From a bacterium (GTDB lineage: Bacteria > Auribacterota > UBA3054): DNA of 64,000 nucleotides. The notes below the pieces were generated by a model, which saw only the letters and a program-made list of their open reading frames with translations, was not told the origin of the DNA and did no database searches. The position numbers and the translations under genes were made by a program. Below, piece by piece: positions 19,301 through 28,463 of this stretch. Position 1 is the first letter of the stretch, and each line of letters opens with the position of its first letter. The stretch lies in NCBI GenBank assembly GCA_017616555.1, contig JAFZXZ010000003.1, positions 7,162 through 71,161 of the forward strand. Reading direction: 5' to 3'.

Positions 19301-19842
19301 GCCCGCTTCTCGTCACCGAACTTATGTATATGCCCGCCAAGCCCGAGGAAGGCTCCGCCTTCACGGACAAGGATTACGAATTCATTGAGCTTTTCAACAA
19401 TTCCGACAATCTCTTCTATCCGGAAGGGCAGTCTATAACGGGCGGCGTTGATTTTGTATTTGCACCGGGCTCAAAGCCCATTGAGCCGAGAAGCTATGTG
19501 GTTCTGGTCAAGAATCCGGCGGCTTTCGCCGAGCGCTATGAGACCAACGACATGTACATCGCCGGGACTTTCGACGGCAGCATCTCTAACGACGGCGAGC
19601 GCTTCTTCCTTTCCACCTATAACTTCAATTTCAGCGGTTACTGGTTCGAAGGCGCCCGCGGCTTAGGACCGTCCATCGTGGCCGCGAGGTACGATCTGAA
19701 CTATTCGGATTACAGCACCAAGCTTGGCTGGCGTCTCTCCGGAGAGCCCTACGGATCCCCAGGACGCGAAGACCTGCCCGAACCGGCGTTCCTTTTAATC
19801 CCGCTTCTCGCTCTTTTGGGCGTCAGAAAACTTTCCCTTTAG
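16318..19842 (+). CDS. CotH kinase-family protein with lamin-tail (LTD) domains and PEP-CTERM anchor
   Basis: The N-terminal LTD is RITEFMASNKGTIKDSFGESSDWVELYNDG. The CotH core is YFHLLLNGHYWGLYQFQERAEE. TIRYTLDATEPT is a Fn3/CHB_HEX_C-like module. A second LTD-like module follows (LLVTELMYMP...YEFIELFNNS). The protein ends PEPAFLLIPLLALLGVRKLSL. Confidence 0.8.
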   Translation: MSGKTMKRILFCATLLTALSLSAVRITEFMASNKGTIKDSFGESSDWVELYNDGETFSLDGWSLTDNETKPRKWEFPATNFVAGTYMLVWCSDREISQPGQEMHTGFKLSASGEYLGLYDSEGQVASEYKPTFPVQYEDVSYGDGCVTATQEIILRSTNSFCRVLVPTDDSLETSWYRSTFDDSGWRSGNSGVGYEKSPGSSTDVTDYVGINVMDDMYGKNGTCFIRMPFNVAEKPNLQKLVLRMLYDDGFVAYLNGVEVARVNAPPTVSWESCSPTYHNESNILRFEDVDITDYISLVRKGKNVLCIHGLNDTTTSTDFLMDAELRGKGVESMQFKERGYFTDPTPGRVNGEAYEEFLQPPVFSHDSGFYEDSFDLTITSPDEGTTIRYTLDATEPTTSNGRTYTAPLRIDETTVLRVGVFKTGAYRPRTTAKTYVFLDDVIAQPSGVRPGTQWPSGSINNQKFDYGMDTRITQSARYGGLMRDAFEQIPMLSIVVSPGNLFNSSTGIYVNPWQDGRNWERFAQLNYLTHDETPGFSVNCGLRIRGGASRSSGNAKHSWRLFFRREYGDSKLEYPLFGSEGAPAFDKVDLRTAQNYSWSCEGGNDARECIMCRDVFARDMQREMGEPYTRSRYFHLLLNGHYWGLYQFQERAEEHFAETYFGGDKEDYDVIKPDGYVATVNSGNMDAWRTLWQMARDGFTEETYMKAVGRNPDGTRNRTYPVVLDPTNLADYTIINNFLGNTDGPLTMTDSGPNNFFAIYDRVKQGGFKYFCHDTEHAMVKMYLRTDKTGNITTGRDGTGAFNPRYLHQRLCAVDSYKRVFQSRVNKHYFNEGMLTPEKASKLLLLRVHEIDKAIICESARWGDVRTDCRQYQPLNRDDHWWPEINWITNTFFPTRNEVNITQFRNRGWYPSIAPPRIYPNGGRVMSGTKVTLSGETYVKYTTDGSDPYTSSTAKRYTGPLTIDKPTYIRCTYDPAYSDSPMDVSAYFTLAEKSPLLVTELMYMPAKPEEGSAFTDKDYEFIELFNNSDNLFYPEGQSITGGVDFVFAPGSKPIEPRSYVVLVKNPAAFAERYETNDMYIAGTFDGSISNDGERFFLSTYNFNFSGYWFEGARGLGPSIVAARYDLNYSDYSTKLGWRLSGEPYGSPGREDLPEPAFLLIPLLALLGVRKLSL

Positions 19843-19845
19843 AGC

Positions 19846-22845
19846 TTGAGGCCGCTTTCAGTCATAGTCTTTTTCGCTTTGCTCTTCGCCGTTTCGGCGA
19901 AGGGTGTGCGCATCAATGAATTCATGGCTTCCAACAAGTCGGGGATTAAGGATTCTTTCGGCGAGTGCTCCGACTGGATCGAAATTTACAACGACGGGGA
20001 CGAAACTGTCAGTTTGAAAGGCTTCGGCCTGAGCGACGACGCTGAAAAGCCCTTCAAATGGGCTTTTCCCGACACCAATCTTTTCGCGAAAAGTTTTCTT
20101 ACCGTCTTCGCGACTTCGGATTCCTGGAAAGTTCCGGGCGAGGAACTGCACTGCGGCTTCAAGCTCTCCGCGGACGGGGAATACCTTGGGCTTTGCGACA
20201 AGGAGGGCGTTGTTATTTCAAGTTTCGCCCCGACCTTCCCGCCTCAGCTTGAAGACACTTCTTACGGCTGGTGCGGCGATTGCGAGACAATTGAAACGAC
20301 GCTGCTGAATGAAACGAACCCCTGCCGCGTCTGCGTTCCGGGCAACAGCTCTATCGACGCCGTCTGGTATCTTCCGGATTTCAGCGACGCCGGCTGGCTC
20401 AAGAGCGCCGGCAGCGTTGGCTTTGAATGCAACAAAGGAAGCGAATACGATTTTTCCAAATATATCAAGGTGAACATAAAGGAGGCGATGTACGAAAAGA
20501 GGCGCGCCGCCTTCATCCGCTATCCTTTCGTTCTCAAGGAAACGCCGAAACTTTATTCCCTCGCCCTTAAGATGCGCTACGCCGATTCCTTCGAAGCATA
20601 TCTGAACGGAGTTTTGATTGCCAGGGAGGAAAAGATGTCCGGTTCCGGAGCGAACGCTTTTTCCCAAGGCGACCGCGCGAAGAAGGACGCCATTACCTGG
20701 CGCAGTTTCGACATCACTAAGTTCCGTTCTCTCCTGACTTCCGGGACGAACGTTTTGGCCATAGTGGGAACGACCGCCAAAATTTCCGACGAGGAATTTT
20801 TGATAAGCCCGATGCTTATGGGCGGCGAAGCGGTCTCTTTCACCAACGAAGTTTTGAAATATATGAAGCCTGCTTCTCCGGGATACCCGAACCGCGACGG
20901 GTTCAGCGAGGTCTTGGGAGAAGTTACGACCATTCCCGAACCGGGCTTTTACGAGGAGAGTTTTGAACTGAGACTGCGCTGCGCCACGGAAGGCGCCAGG
21001 ATCGTTTACACTCTGGACGGAACGACGCCAAAGAAAGGCGGAAATATTTACCGCGGGCACTTCACTATTGACAAAACGACCATAGTCAGGGCGATCGCTT
21101 TTAAGGACGACGCCGGCGGCGCGGAGGAGTTTACCGGCACCTTCGTTTTCCTAAATGACATCATCAACACTCCAGACGGCGTTCCACCTGGAGATCAGTG
21201 GCCGACAAATTCCGTGAACAAGCAAAAGCTGGATTACGGAATGGACGTAAGGATCACCCAGTCCCGGGACTACAAGGAATGTATGCTTCCCGGCCTTAAG
21301 CAGCTGCCATTCATCTCCATCGTTGCAAGCCCCGCCAATCTTTTCAACGCCTCCAGCGGCATCTACGTCAACGCCAAGCAGGACGGGAAAAACTGGGAGC
21401 GCCAGGCGCACATCGAGCTTTTGAACCATGACGGATCCCCTGGCTTTTCCGTTGGCTGCGGCTTAAGGATCAGGGGCAGTTCGAGCCGGGCCGCCAACAA
21501 TCCCAAGCACTCCCTCAGGCTTTTCTTCCGCAACGAGTGGGGAGTTGGGAAACTGAAGTTCCCACTTTTCGGCGAAAACGAAATAAATGAGTTCGACAAG
21601 ATAGACCTAAGAAGCACTCAGACTTTCTCCTGGCATTTTGAGGGCGACGCCTACCAGTCCACCTACTGTTCGGACGAATTCGTCCGCGACCTGGCTCTTT
21701 CCATGGGTATGCCCGGCACCAGGGGCTGCTACTACCACGTCCTTCTGAACGGCCACTACTGGGGCCTCTACCAGACGGAGGAAAGGCCCGACCAGAACTA
21801 CGCGGCTCATTACTTCGGCGGCAGCGAGGAAGACTACGACGTTTTGAAGCCGGAAGATCTCTTTGTGACCGTGACGCAGGGCAATATGGACGCTTACAAA
21901 AGGCTTTGGCAGGCGGCCACCAACGGCTTTTCCGACGCGAGCTATCTGCAAACGGTGAACGCAGGCCTTTTGGATCCCACCAACGTGGCGGACATGGCAA
22001 TTTTGAACAGCCTGGTCTGCAACATGGACAGCCCGGTGGCTATTGACGACCAGCACGTCAACAATTTCTTCGCTCTTTACAACCGCGAAAAGCCAAACGG
22101 CTTCAAGTTTATAAACCACGACAGCGAATGCTCGCTTTTAAGGGATCATTACGACGCCGACCTTACTTGTGACACTCCGGTGGGGTCGAAGCTAAATTTA
22201 TTCAACTCCCGCTATCTGCACCAGAGGCTGATGAAGTCGGGGGAATACAGAAAAGTTTTCGTCTCCCGCATCTGCAAGCACTACTTCAACGGCGGCGCGG
22301 CCGAACCGAAAAGGATGCAGGAGCTTTTCATGAAGAGGGCGAATTCCATAACGAACGCCATAGTCTGCGAATCCGCGCGCTGGGGCGACATAAGGGCGCC
22401 CTACGGAGACAGGCTTCCCCTGAGGAGAGACCGCGACTGGCAGCCCAACATCACTTACATAAGGAACAAATTCCTGCCGCACCGCTTTGAAGTTACGCTT
22501 GCGCAGTACCGCGCCGCCGGCTGGTTCCCGGAATGTGATCCGCCTCTGCTTTCCATTCCGGGAGGCGAGGTGCCATATGGTACGGAGATCTCCCTTATCG
22601 GAGAAAAAAAGATCGTTTACACCACGGATGGCAGCGATCCCTGGGGATCCGAAACGGCGAAGACTTATGCGGAGCCGATCGTTTTGACCAACTCCCTCAC
22701 CTTCCGCTGCTGCTACGCCAGAGACGAAATCGATCTTCCCATGCGGGGCGAAGCGGATTTTACGGTGGAGGAGGCGCCCGAACCTGCCTTTGGATTTTTG
22801 CTCTTACTTTTCCTTCTGGGAAAAAGGAGGCTCGTTAATGTTTAA
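19846..22845 (+). CDS. CotH kinase-family protein with LTD domain and PEP-CTERM anchor (paralog)
   Basis: It aligns with the upstream gene throughout (RINEFMASNKSGIKDSFGECSDWIEIYNDG; YYHVLLNGHYWGLYQTEERPDQ). It lacks the second LTD and ends PEPAFGFLLLLFLLGKRRLVNV. Confidence 0.8.
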   Translation: MRPLSVIVFFALLFAVSAKGVRINEFMASNKSGIKDSFGECSDWIEIYNDGDETVSLKGFGLSDDAEKPFKWAFPDTNLFAKSFLTVFATSDSWKVPGEELHCGFKLSADGEYLGLCDKEGVVISSFAPTFPPQLEDTSYGWCGDCETIETTLLNETNPCRVCVPGNSSIDAVWYLPDFSDAGWLKSAGSVGFECNKGSEYDFSKYIKVNIKEAMYEKRRAAFIRYPFVLKETPKLYSLALKMRYADSFEAYLNGVLIAREEKMSGSGANAFSQGDRAKKDAITWRSFDITKFRSLLTSGTNVLAIVGTTAKISDEEFLISPMLMGGEAVSFTNEVLKYMKPASPGYPNRDGFSEVLGEVTTIPEPGFYEESFELRLRCATEGARIVYTLDGTTPKKGGNIYRGHFTIDKTTIVRAIAFKDDAGGAEEFTGTFVFLNDIINTPDGVPPGDQWPTNSVNKQKLDYGMDVRITQSRDYKECMLPGLKQLPFISIVASPANLFNASSGIYVNAKQDGKNWERQAHIELLNHDGSPGFSVGCGLRIRGSSSRAANNPKHSLRLFFRNEWGVGKLKFPLFGENEINEFDKIDLRSTQTFSWHFEGDAYQSTYCSDEFVRDLALSMGMPGTRGCYYHVLLNGHYWGLYQTEERPDQNYAAHYFGGSEEDYDVLKPEDLFVTVTQGNMDAYKRLWQAATNGFSDASYLQTVNAGLLDPTNVADMAILNSLVCNMDSPVAIDDQHVNNFFALYNREKPNGFKFINHDSECSLLRDHYDADLTCDTPVGSKLNLFNSRYLHQRLMKSGEYRKVFVSRICKHYFNGGAAEPKRMQELFMKRANSITNAIVCESARWGDIRAPYGDRLPLRRDRDWQPNITYIRNKFLPHRFEVTLAQYRAAGWFPECDPPLLSIPGGEVPYGTEISLIGEKKIVYTTDGSDPWGSETAKTYAEPIVLTNSLTFRCCYARDEIDLPMRGEADFTVEEAPEPAFGFLLLLFLLGKRRLVNV

Positions 22846-23671
22846 AACAAAATATATCCTGACATTTTTCATCGTCGCTCTGATCATTATTTTCTGCGCC
22901 AGGATAGGCTGGCTCGGGAGTTTTTCCCGCAGCCTGACCTTAGACGTCTCCGGCTTCTTCGTCAGAGTCGTCAACTATCCCGGTCAGAAGCTCAGCTACT
23001 TCTGGAACCTCTACCAGTTCAGAAGCGCGGTCCTGAGGGAGAACACCGCTTTGAAGCTGCAGCTCGAGAATCTGCAGCACAAGTACGACCAGACGAGGGA
23101 TCTTCAGGCCCGCGTGCACGAACTGGAGCAGATGCTGAACCTTCAGCGCGATTACGATTTCGAACTTCTGCCGGCGCCCGTCGTCTTTAGGGACGAATTC
23201 AGCTGGAGCAAAACTATCATCATATCGAGAGGCCGCCGCGACGGACTCTTGCCCAGCATGCCGGTTGTGAGGGGCGGAGTACTGATCGGCAAGATCGTGG
23301 AAGCCGGATTTTTGAATTCCAAAGTGCTTCTCATCAACGACCCGACCTTTAAAGTCGGCGTCCTTCTGAGGCCAAGTGAAGCGGCCGGTATTCTGGAAGG
23401 CCGCGGCGAAGGTCTGGCCAGGATCAATTTCCTGCCGCTGGACGCCAAAATAAATATCGGCGACGAAGTTTATACTTCCGGCACCGGCAGCGTTTTCCCG
23501 GCGGGCTACCACATCGGCTCCGTAATCAGAGTCGAAAGGGACGAACGCAATTTCTATCAGCGCGCGGAAGTGCAGCTGGCCGCCGACATGCGCTCCATGG
23601 AGACCGTGACGGTCATCAAGCACGCGCCGCCTAACCTTTCCCTAGACCCGGAGCCGCCCGAAGAAAAATGA
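22838..23671 (+). CDS. mreC: Rod shape-determining protein MreC
   Basis: AAAGGAGG precedes the ATG at 22838. The protein has an N-terminal TM segment and a coiled coil, then GVLIGKIVEAGFLNSKVLLINDP and VYTSGTGSVFPAGYHIGSV. Confidence 0.85.
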   Translation: MFKTKYILTFFIVALIIIFCARIGWLGSFSRSLTLDVSGFFVRVVNYPGQKLSYFWNLYQFRSAVLRENTALKLQLENLQHKYDQTRDLQARVHELEQMLNLQRDYDFELLPAPVVFRDEFSWSKTIIISRGRRDGLLPSMPVVRGGVLIGKIVEAGFLNSKVLLINDPTFKVGVLLRPSEAAGILEGRGEGLARINFLPLDAKINIGDEVYTSGTGSVFPAGYHIGSVIRVERDERNFYQRAEVQLAADMRSMETVTVIKHAPPNLSLDPEPPEEK

Positions 23672-24141
23672 GAGACCTGCTTCTCATAATTCTTGTTTTG
23701 TTTTTGCAGATAAGTTCCGCAAAGCTTTTCGGCGGGATCTTCTTTGATTTCCTGACGCCCTTATTGCTTCTTTGGTCTATCTCGAAACCGTTTAGGGAAA
23801 TGATCCTCTGGACCATCCTGACCGGGCTATTGGTCTCCGCCATTTATCCGCAGCCGCTTTTAGTTATCCTTACCGGACTCATCATGGCGCAGTGGCTCTG
23901 GAGAGTATCCTTCTTCGAGAACTGGCGCCGGAAGCCCGGCATGGTCTTCGTGGCGGGCGTCAGCTTCTCCTTTATGTGGCAGATCTGCGGCCTGATCTTC
24001 GCCTCGGTGACTACGGACCTTTTGTCCATGCCTTTGTGCTTCCCGCCGCTCTTAAGTTCTTTTGTGAGCGCCGGCCTTTTCACGGTCATCGTTTTCCGCA
24101 TCGCGAGCATAAAGGCTGAACTGGAGGGCAACGCGTGGTAA
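23668..24141 (+). CDS. mreD: Rod shape-determining protein MreD
   Basis: 157-aa polytopic membrane protein, translationally coupled between mreC and mrdA. Confidence 0.65.
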   Translation: MRDLLLIILVLFLQISSAKLFGGIFFDFLTPLLLLWSISKPFREMILWTILTGLLVSAIYPQPLLVILTGLIMAQWLWRVSFFENWRRKPGMVFVAGVSFSFMWQICGLIFASVTTDLLSMPLCFPPLLSSFVSAGLFTVIVFRIASIKAELEGNAW

Positions 24142-25934
24142 AACTGCCGAAAAGCAAGCTGCTCTCCCTTTTCAGGCTGGAGATATTGGCCCGCATAATC
24201 TTGGCGGTCTTCATTCTCCTTGCCTTGCGCCTTGCGTACATGCAGCTAGTTAAAGGCGAAAACTACCGCAAGCGCGTGACGAATCAAAGCACCAGGAAAG
24301 TCTGGGTGGACGCCGCCAGAGGCGAGATACTTGACCGCAACGGCAAAATTATCGCCTACAACAGCCCGGAGCGCAACGTAGCCTACGAAGCAAGCGTTTA
24401 CTCTAAGCGCGCGCAGAGCAACGCGGTGACGCGTCTCGCTTACCTGTTGCGCTGCCTGCCAAATGAGCTCAGCGAGAACCTGCGGCCTAAAAAGCGCCTG
24501 CCGGACGGCACGGCCGTTTTGGCCAGGAACGTTTCGGAGTCGAGCTTCACGCGCGTGGCGGAAAGGAGCGACGAGATACCGGGCCTTATCCTCGACTACG
24601 AAGCGGCCAGGCGCTATCCCTACGGCTCGGTCTTCGGGCACGTGACGGGCTACACCGGCCTCATAAGGTCCAACGACAAGCGCCTGAAAGAATCCTTGGA
24701 TCCCTTCCACATCAACGACATCGTGGGCCGCGAAGGCATGGAGTATTACTGCGACGACATCCTGCACGGCCGCAACGGGAGACGCATGGTGGAAGTGGAC
24801 CGCGTTGGGCGCTACACCGGCATTCTTCTCCAGGAGGACGCCATTCCCGGCAAAGACATCGTGACGACGCTGGACGTAAGACTGCAGCAGGCCGCGACCG
24901 ACGCCATGAAGGGCAAGGTGGGCGCGGCGGTTGTTATAGACGTCAAGACGGGCGAGATCTTAGCGATGGTCAGCTCCCCCAGTTACGACCCCAATCTTTT
25001 CATCGGGGGAATAAGCCAGACTAATTACGCCCTTTTGAGAGACAATCCCGACCATCCGCTTCTGAACCGCGCGACGCAGGGCCTCTATCCTCTGGGTTCG
25101 GTCTTCAAGCTCGTCACTTCTCTGGCGGGGCTGGAAACGGGCGTCTTCACTGCCAAAACGGTCTATCACGACACCGGTTCGGTGCAGGTCGGCAACCACA
25201 CGATCAGGAATTATCACAAGGCCGTTTACGGCGACATAACGCTTGAGGATGCTCTCAGAGTCTCCTGCAACACTTTCTTCTGCCATTACGCCAACGCGAT
25301 CGGCGCGGACAATCTCGCGAAATACGCCCGCGCGCTGGGATTGGGCGACCGCACGGGCGTGGAGCTGCCGGCGGAATCCTACGGCCAGGTGCCGACTCCC
25401 GTCTGGAAAAAGAACATCCAGGGCGAATCCTGGTATCCCGGCGACACCGTGAACCTTTCCATAGGCCACGGCTTCATCCTTGTGACGCCGGTGCAGATCG
25501 CCAGAATGGCGGCGGCTCTTGCGACGGGCGGCACGGTCATGCCTTTGACGCTCATAAAATCCCTCCGCCAGGGCGGCATCGAAACGGTCTATAACGGCGA
25601 GCGCCCGGAAACCAGACACTCGGAATTCAAGCCCGAAGCCCTGAAGGCGGTAAGAGAAGGCATGTACGCGGTCGTAAACAAGCCGAACGGCTCCGGCAGA
25701 AGAGCGAAAGTGCCGGGCATCACGGCCTGCGGCAAGACGGGCTCCGCTATGCTGGGCAAAAAGACTTTCGCCTGGTTCGCCTCCTACGCGCCTTTCGACG
25801 AGCCGGAAGTGGCCATGGCCATCGTCGTTGAGAACGCGACTAGTGGCGGCACGGACGCCGCGCCGATCGCCGGAGAAATTTACAAGACTTACGTCAAGAT
25901 AAGAAAAAACCAAAGCGCTAAAAATGGAAAATGA
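24135..25934 (+). CDS. mrdA: Penicillin-binding protein 2 (elongation transpeptidase)
   Basis: SxxK (GSVFK), SxN (VSCN) and KTG (CGKTGSA) are present, with an N-terminal TM segment and a PBP dimerisation region. Confidence 0.85.
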   Translation: MVKLPKSKLLSLFRLEILARIILAVFILLALRLAYMQLVKGENYRKRVTNQSTRKVWVDAARGEILDRNGKIIAYNSPERNVAYEASVYSKRAQSNAVTRLAYLLRCLPNELSENLRPKKRLPDGTAVLARNVSESSFTRVAERSDEIPGLILDYEAARRYPYGSVFGHVTGYTGLIRSNDKRLKESLDPFHINDIVGREGMEYYCDDILHGRNGRRMVEVDRVGRYTGILLQEDAIPGKDIVTTLDVRLQQAATDAMKGKVGAAVVIDVKTGEILAMVSSPSYDPNLFIGGISQTNYALLRDNPDHPLLNRATQGLYPLGSVFKLVTSLAGLETGVFTAKTVYHDTGSVQVGNHTIRNYHKAVYGDITLEDALRVSCNTFFCHYANAIGADNLAKYARALGLGDRTGVELPAESYGQVPTPVWKKNIQGESWYPGDTVNLSIGHGFILVTPVQIARMAAALATGGTVMPLTLIKSLRQGGIETVYNGERPETRHSEFKPEALKAVREGMYAVVNKPNGSGRRAKVPGITACGKTGSAMLGKKTFAWFASYAPFDEPEVAMAIVVENATSGGTDAAPIAGEIYKTYVKIRKNQSAKNGK

Positions 25935-26988
25935 TCTGAAAACGCTTTTTTCAAAAAGGAAAGCGAAGATATTGAAGACCTTGAAAAGCTATCTTCTGAG
26001 GAAGGAGACGAAAAAGCTTCTTTCCCTTCCCTGGGAGGATAAGCTGCCAGAAAAACTTCTTGCTTTCACGGACGGCGGAAAGTGCCTGAGGGGAAATCTG
26101 CTTTTAGTTGGCGCTTCCCTTGCCGGAGGAAATACTGACGATTATCTTCCGGCGGCCGCGGCCATAGAGCTTTTCCAGTCCGGGATACTGATGCACGACG
26201 ACATCATAGACCAGGATCTTATGAGAAGAGGAAAGCCTTCCGCCCACGCGGCCTTCGCGAGCTTTTTGAAAGCAAAAAAATTTAAGGAAACGGAAAAGAC
26301 GGGAGAATCGCTCGCCATTTGTCTGGGCGACATCGCGCTGATGCTGACGTACGCGCTTTTGATGGAAACGAAGTGCTCTTCAGAAAGAAAAGTTCTGGCG
26401 GCTTCCTACTGGGGAAGAGAATTCGCCCGTGTGGGCGCCGCGGAAATGGAGGACACCTACCTCGCTTTGGAAAAGGGCCTTCCCGAGGAGAAGCGGATAA
26501 TAGCGCTCTACGTCGGGAAGACGGCGGGCTACACTATGACCGTGCCTCTCGTCACGGGCGCCATGCTTGCGGGCGGGAAGCCGGAACTAATTGCCTGCCT
26601 TGAAAAATACGCGCTTGCTCTGGGGACGCTCTTCCAGGTGAAGGACGACGAACTGGGTCTTTTTGGGAGCGAGAAAGCTTTAGGTAAACCCATTGGCAGC
26701 GACATCAGGGAAGGGAAGAAGACCATTTTCTGGCAGAAGCTGATGACGAAAGCAAGCGCTAAGGAAAAGCTAGAACTCTCCAAGATCTTCGGAAGCGAAA
26801 AAGTGACTGCCAAAGAGATCGAAAAAGTAAGAGAGATGATGAAAGCTAAAGGCGTGACAGAGGAAGTGAATAAGCTATCCCTCGGTTTGGCCGCCAAGGC
26901 CAGAGCCGCCGCGCAAAAGATAGAAAACGAAAAAGGCAAAGAAATTCTGCTGTCCCTTATCGAGCTCAGTCTCAAGAGGACCGCATAA
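25924..26988 (+). CDS. Polyprenyl diphosphate synthase (FPP/GGPP synthase family)
   Basis: Two Asp-rich motifs are present: LMHDDIIDQD and FQVKDDELG. Confidence 0.8.
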   Translation: MENDLKTLFSKRKAKILKTLKSYLLRKETKKLLSLPWEDKLPEKLLAFTDGGKCLRGNLLLVGASLAGGNTDDYLPAAAAIELFQSGILMHDDIIDQDLMRRGKPSAHAAFASFLKAKKFKETEKTGESLAICLGDIALMLTYALLMETKCSSERKVLAASYWGREFARVGAAEMEDTYLALEKGLPEEKRIIALYVGKTAGYTMTVPLVTGAMLAGGKPELIACLEKYALALGTLFQVKDDELGLFGSEKALGKPIGSDIREGKKTIFWQKLMTKASAKEKLELSKIFGSEKVTAKEIEKVREMMKAKGVTEEVNKLSLGLAAKARAAAQKIENEKGKEILLSLIELSLKRTA

Positions 26989-27008
26989 AAAAATTAAGGA
27001 GATAAATT

Positions 27009-28463
27009 ATGTCTGAATTGAAGATCACCTGTTTGAAAAGCAAGGACGGCGCGCCAAATGAAGCGGCGGTCGTGTTTTTGACCAAGGAACTTTTGCCGGA
27101 AGCCAAAAAGACTTTCCCCCTGACCAAAAAGGTCTGGGAGGACTTCAAGGCTGAAGCGGGCGAAACGGTAACGGTCTATACGGAAGGCGAAGTGGGACGC
27201 TTCCTGCTTTGCGGTCTGGGGAGCGTCGCGGAACTGGAGCTTGAGGACATTAGGCGCGCCGCGGTCTCCGCGGGCGACGCGCTGGCGAAGCTGGAAGTCA
27301 AGAAATTCAGAGTCCTGCCTTTCAGGAGCGACGAGATCATAGAAAAGGAAGCGACGGCGGCCGCTCTGGAAGGCTTTCTTTTGCGCGGCTACGAATACAA
27401 GGCGGACTTCACGCCCCGCGTGAGAACGCCCTTCGAAGAGATCTGCTTCATCACGGCGGAAGATCCCAAGGAAGTGAAGCCTCTCTTAAAGAGAACGCAG
27501 ACGATCTGCGAAGGCGTGATATTGGCCAGGGAACTGGCGAACGCGCCGCACTCCACCATCAACGCCGAGCGTCTCTCCCAGGTCGCCAAGAGCCTGAAGC
27601 ACTTCGGGCTGAAAGTCAGCGTCCTCGAGATGGCGGACATCAAGAAGAAGAACATGGCCGGGCTTCTGGCCGTGAACAGAGGCTCCACGCAGCCGGCGCG
27701 CTTCATAGAACTTGTCTGGCAGGGCGCCAAAAATAAGAAGGAAGCGCCCGTGGTCTTCGTCGGCAAGGGCCTGACCTTCGACACCGGCGGCATCTCCATC
27801 AAGGGAAGCAGCGGCATGGAAGCGATGCGCATGGACAAGCACGGCGGCGCCTCTGTCATCGGCACGCTCTACGCGGCGGCCGCTCTCAAAGTAAAGCAGA
27901 ACGTTGTGGGCTTAGTTCCCGCGACCAACAACATGCCGGGCCCCAACGCGCTTTTGCCGGGCGACGTCATCGAATACAGAAACGGCGTCAAAGTCGAGAT
28001 CATAAGTACGGACGCGGAAGGCAGGCTCATTTTGGCGGACGGCCTCCTGAGAGCGGGAGAATTCAAGCCGAAAGCCGTTGTTGATATCGCGACATTAACG
28101 GGCGCCATCATCACCTGCTTAGGGTATGAGGCGGCGGGCCTCTTCTGCGAAGACGAAAAGCTTTCCATCGCTCTGAAGGCGGCCGGCGAAAAGACAGGCG
28201 AACGCCTCTGGCAGATGCCGATGTACAAAGGCTACGAGAAACTCCTTAAGAGCTACGTTGCTGATATAAAGAACGGCGGCGGCCGCCCGGCCGGCTCAAG
28301 TACGGCTGCGCTCTTCCTGAAGAAATTCGCGCCTAACGTTCCCTGGGCGCACGTGGACATCGCGGGAATGGGCATGCGTCCCTCCACTGAGGGCTACAAT
28401 CCCATGGGCGCCACGGGCTACGGCGTCAGGCTCTTCATTGAACTCCTTGAGGTGATACTATGA
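27009..28463 (+). CDS. pepA: Leucyl aminopeptidase (M17)
   Basis: VGKGLTFDTGGISIK and NTDAEGRLILAD. Confidence 0.9.
   Translation: MSELKITCLKSKDGAPNEAAVVFLTKELLPEAKKTFPLTKKVWEDFKAEAGETVTVYTEGEVGRFLLCGLGSVAELELEDIRRAAVSAGDALAKLEVKKFRVLPFRSDEIIEKEATAAALEGFLLRGYEYKADFTPRVRTPFEEICFITAEDPKEVKPLLKRTQTICEGVILARELANAPHSTINAERLSQVAKSLKHFGLKVSVLEMADIKKKNMAGLLAVNRGSTQPARFIELVWQGAKNKKEAPVVFVGKGLTFDTGGISIKGSSGMEAMRMDKHGGASVIGTLYAAAALKVKQNVVGLVPATNNMPGPNALLPGDVIEYRNGVKVEIISTDAEGRLILADGLLRAGEFKPKAVVDIATLTGAIITCLGYEAAGLFCEDEKLSIALKAAGEKTGERLWQMPMYKGYEKLLKSYVADIKNGGGRPAGSSTAALFLKKFAPNVPWAHVDIAGMGMRPSTEGYNPMGATGYGVRLFIELLEVIL

Noticed and set aside
22838-25934. Absence of mreB and rodA next to mreC-mreD-mrdA as an anomaly
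   Set aside because: These genes are often unlinked, and absence from a 64-kb window says nothing about the genome.
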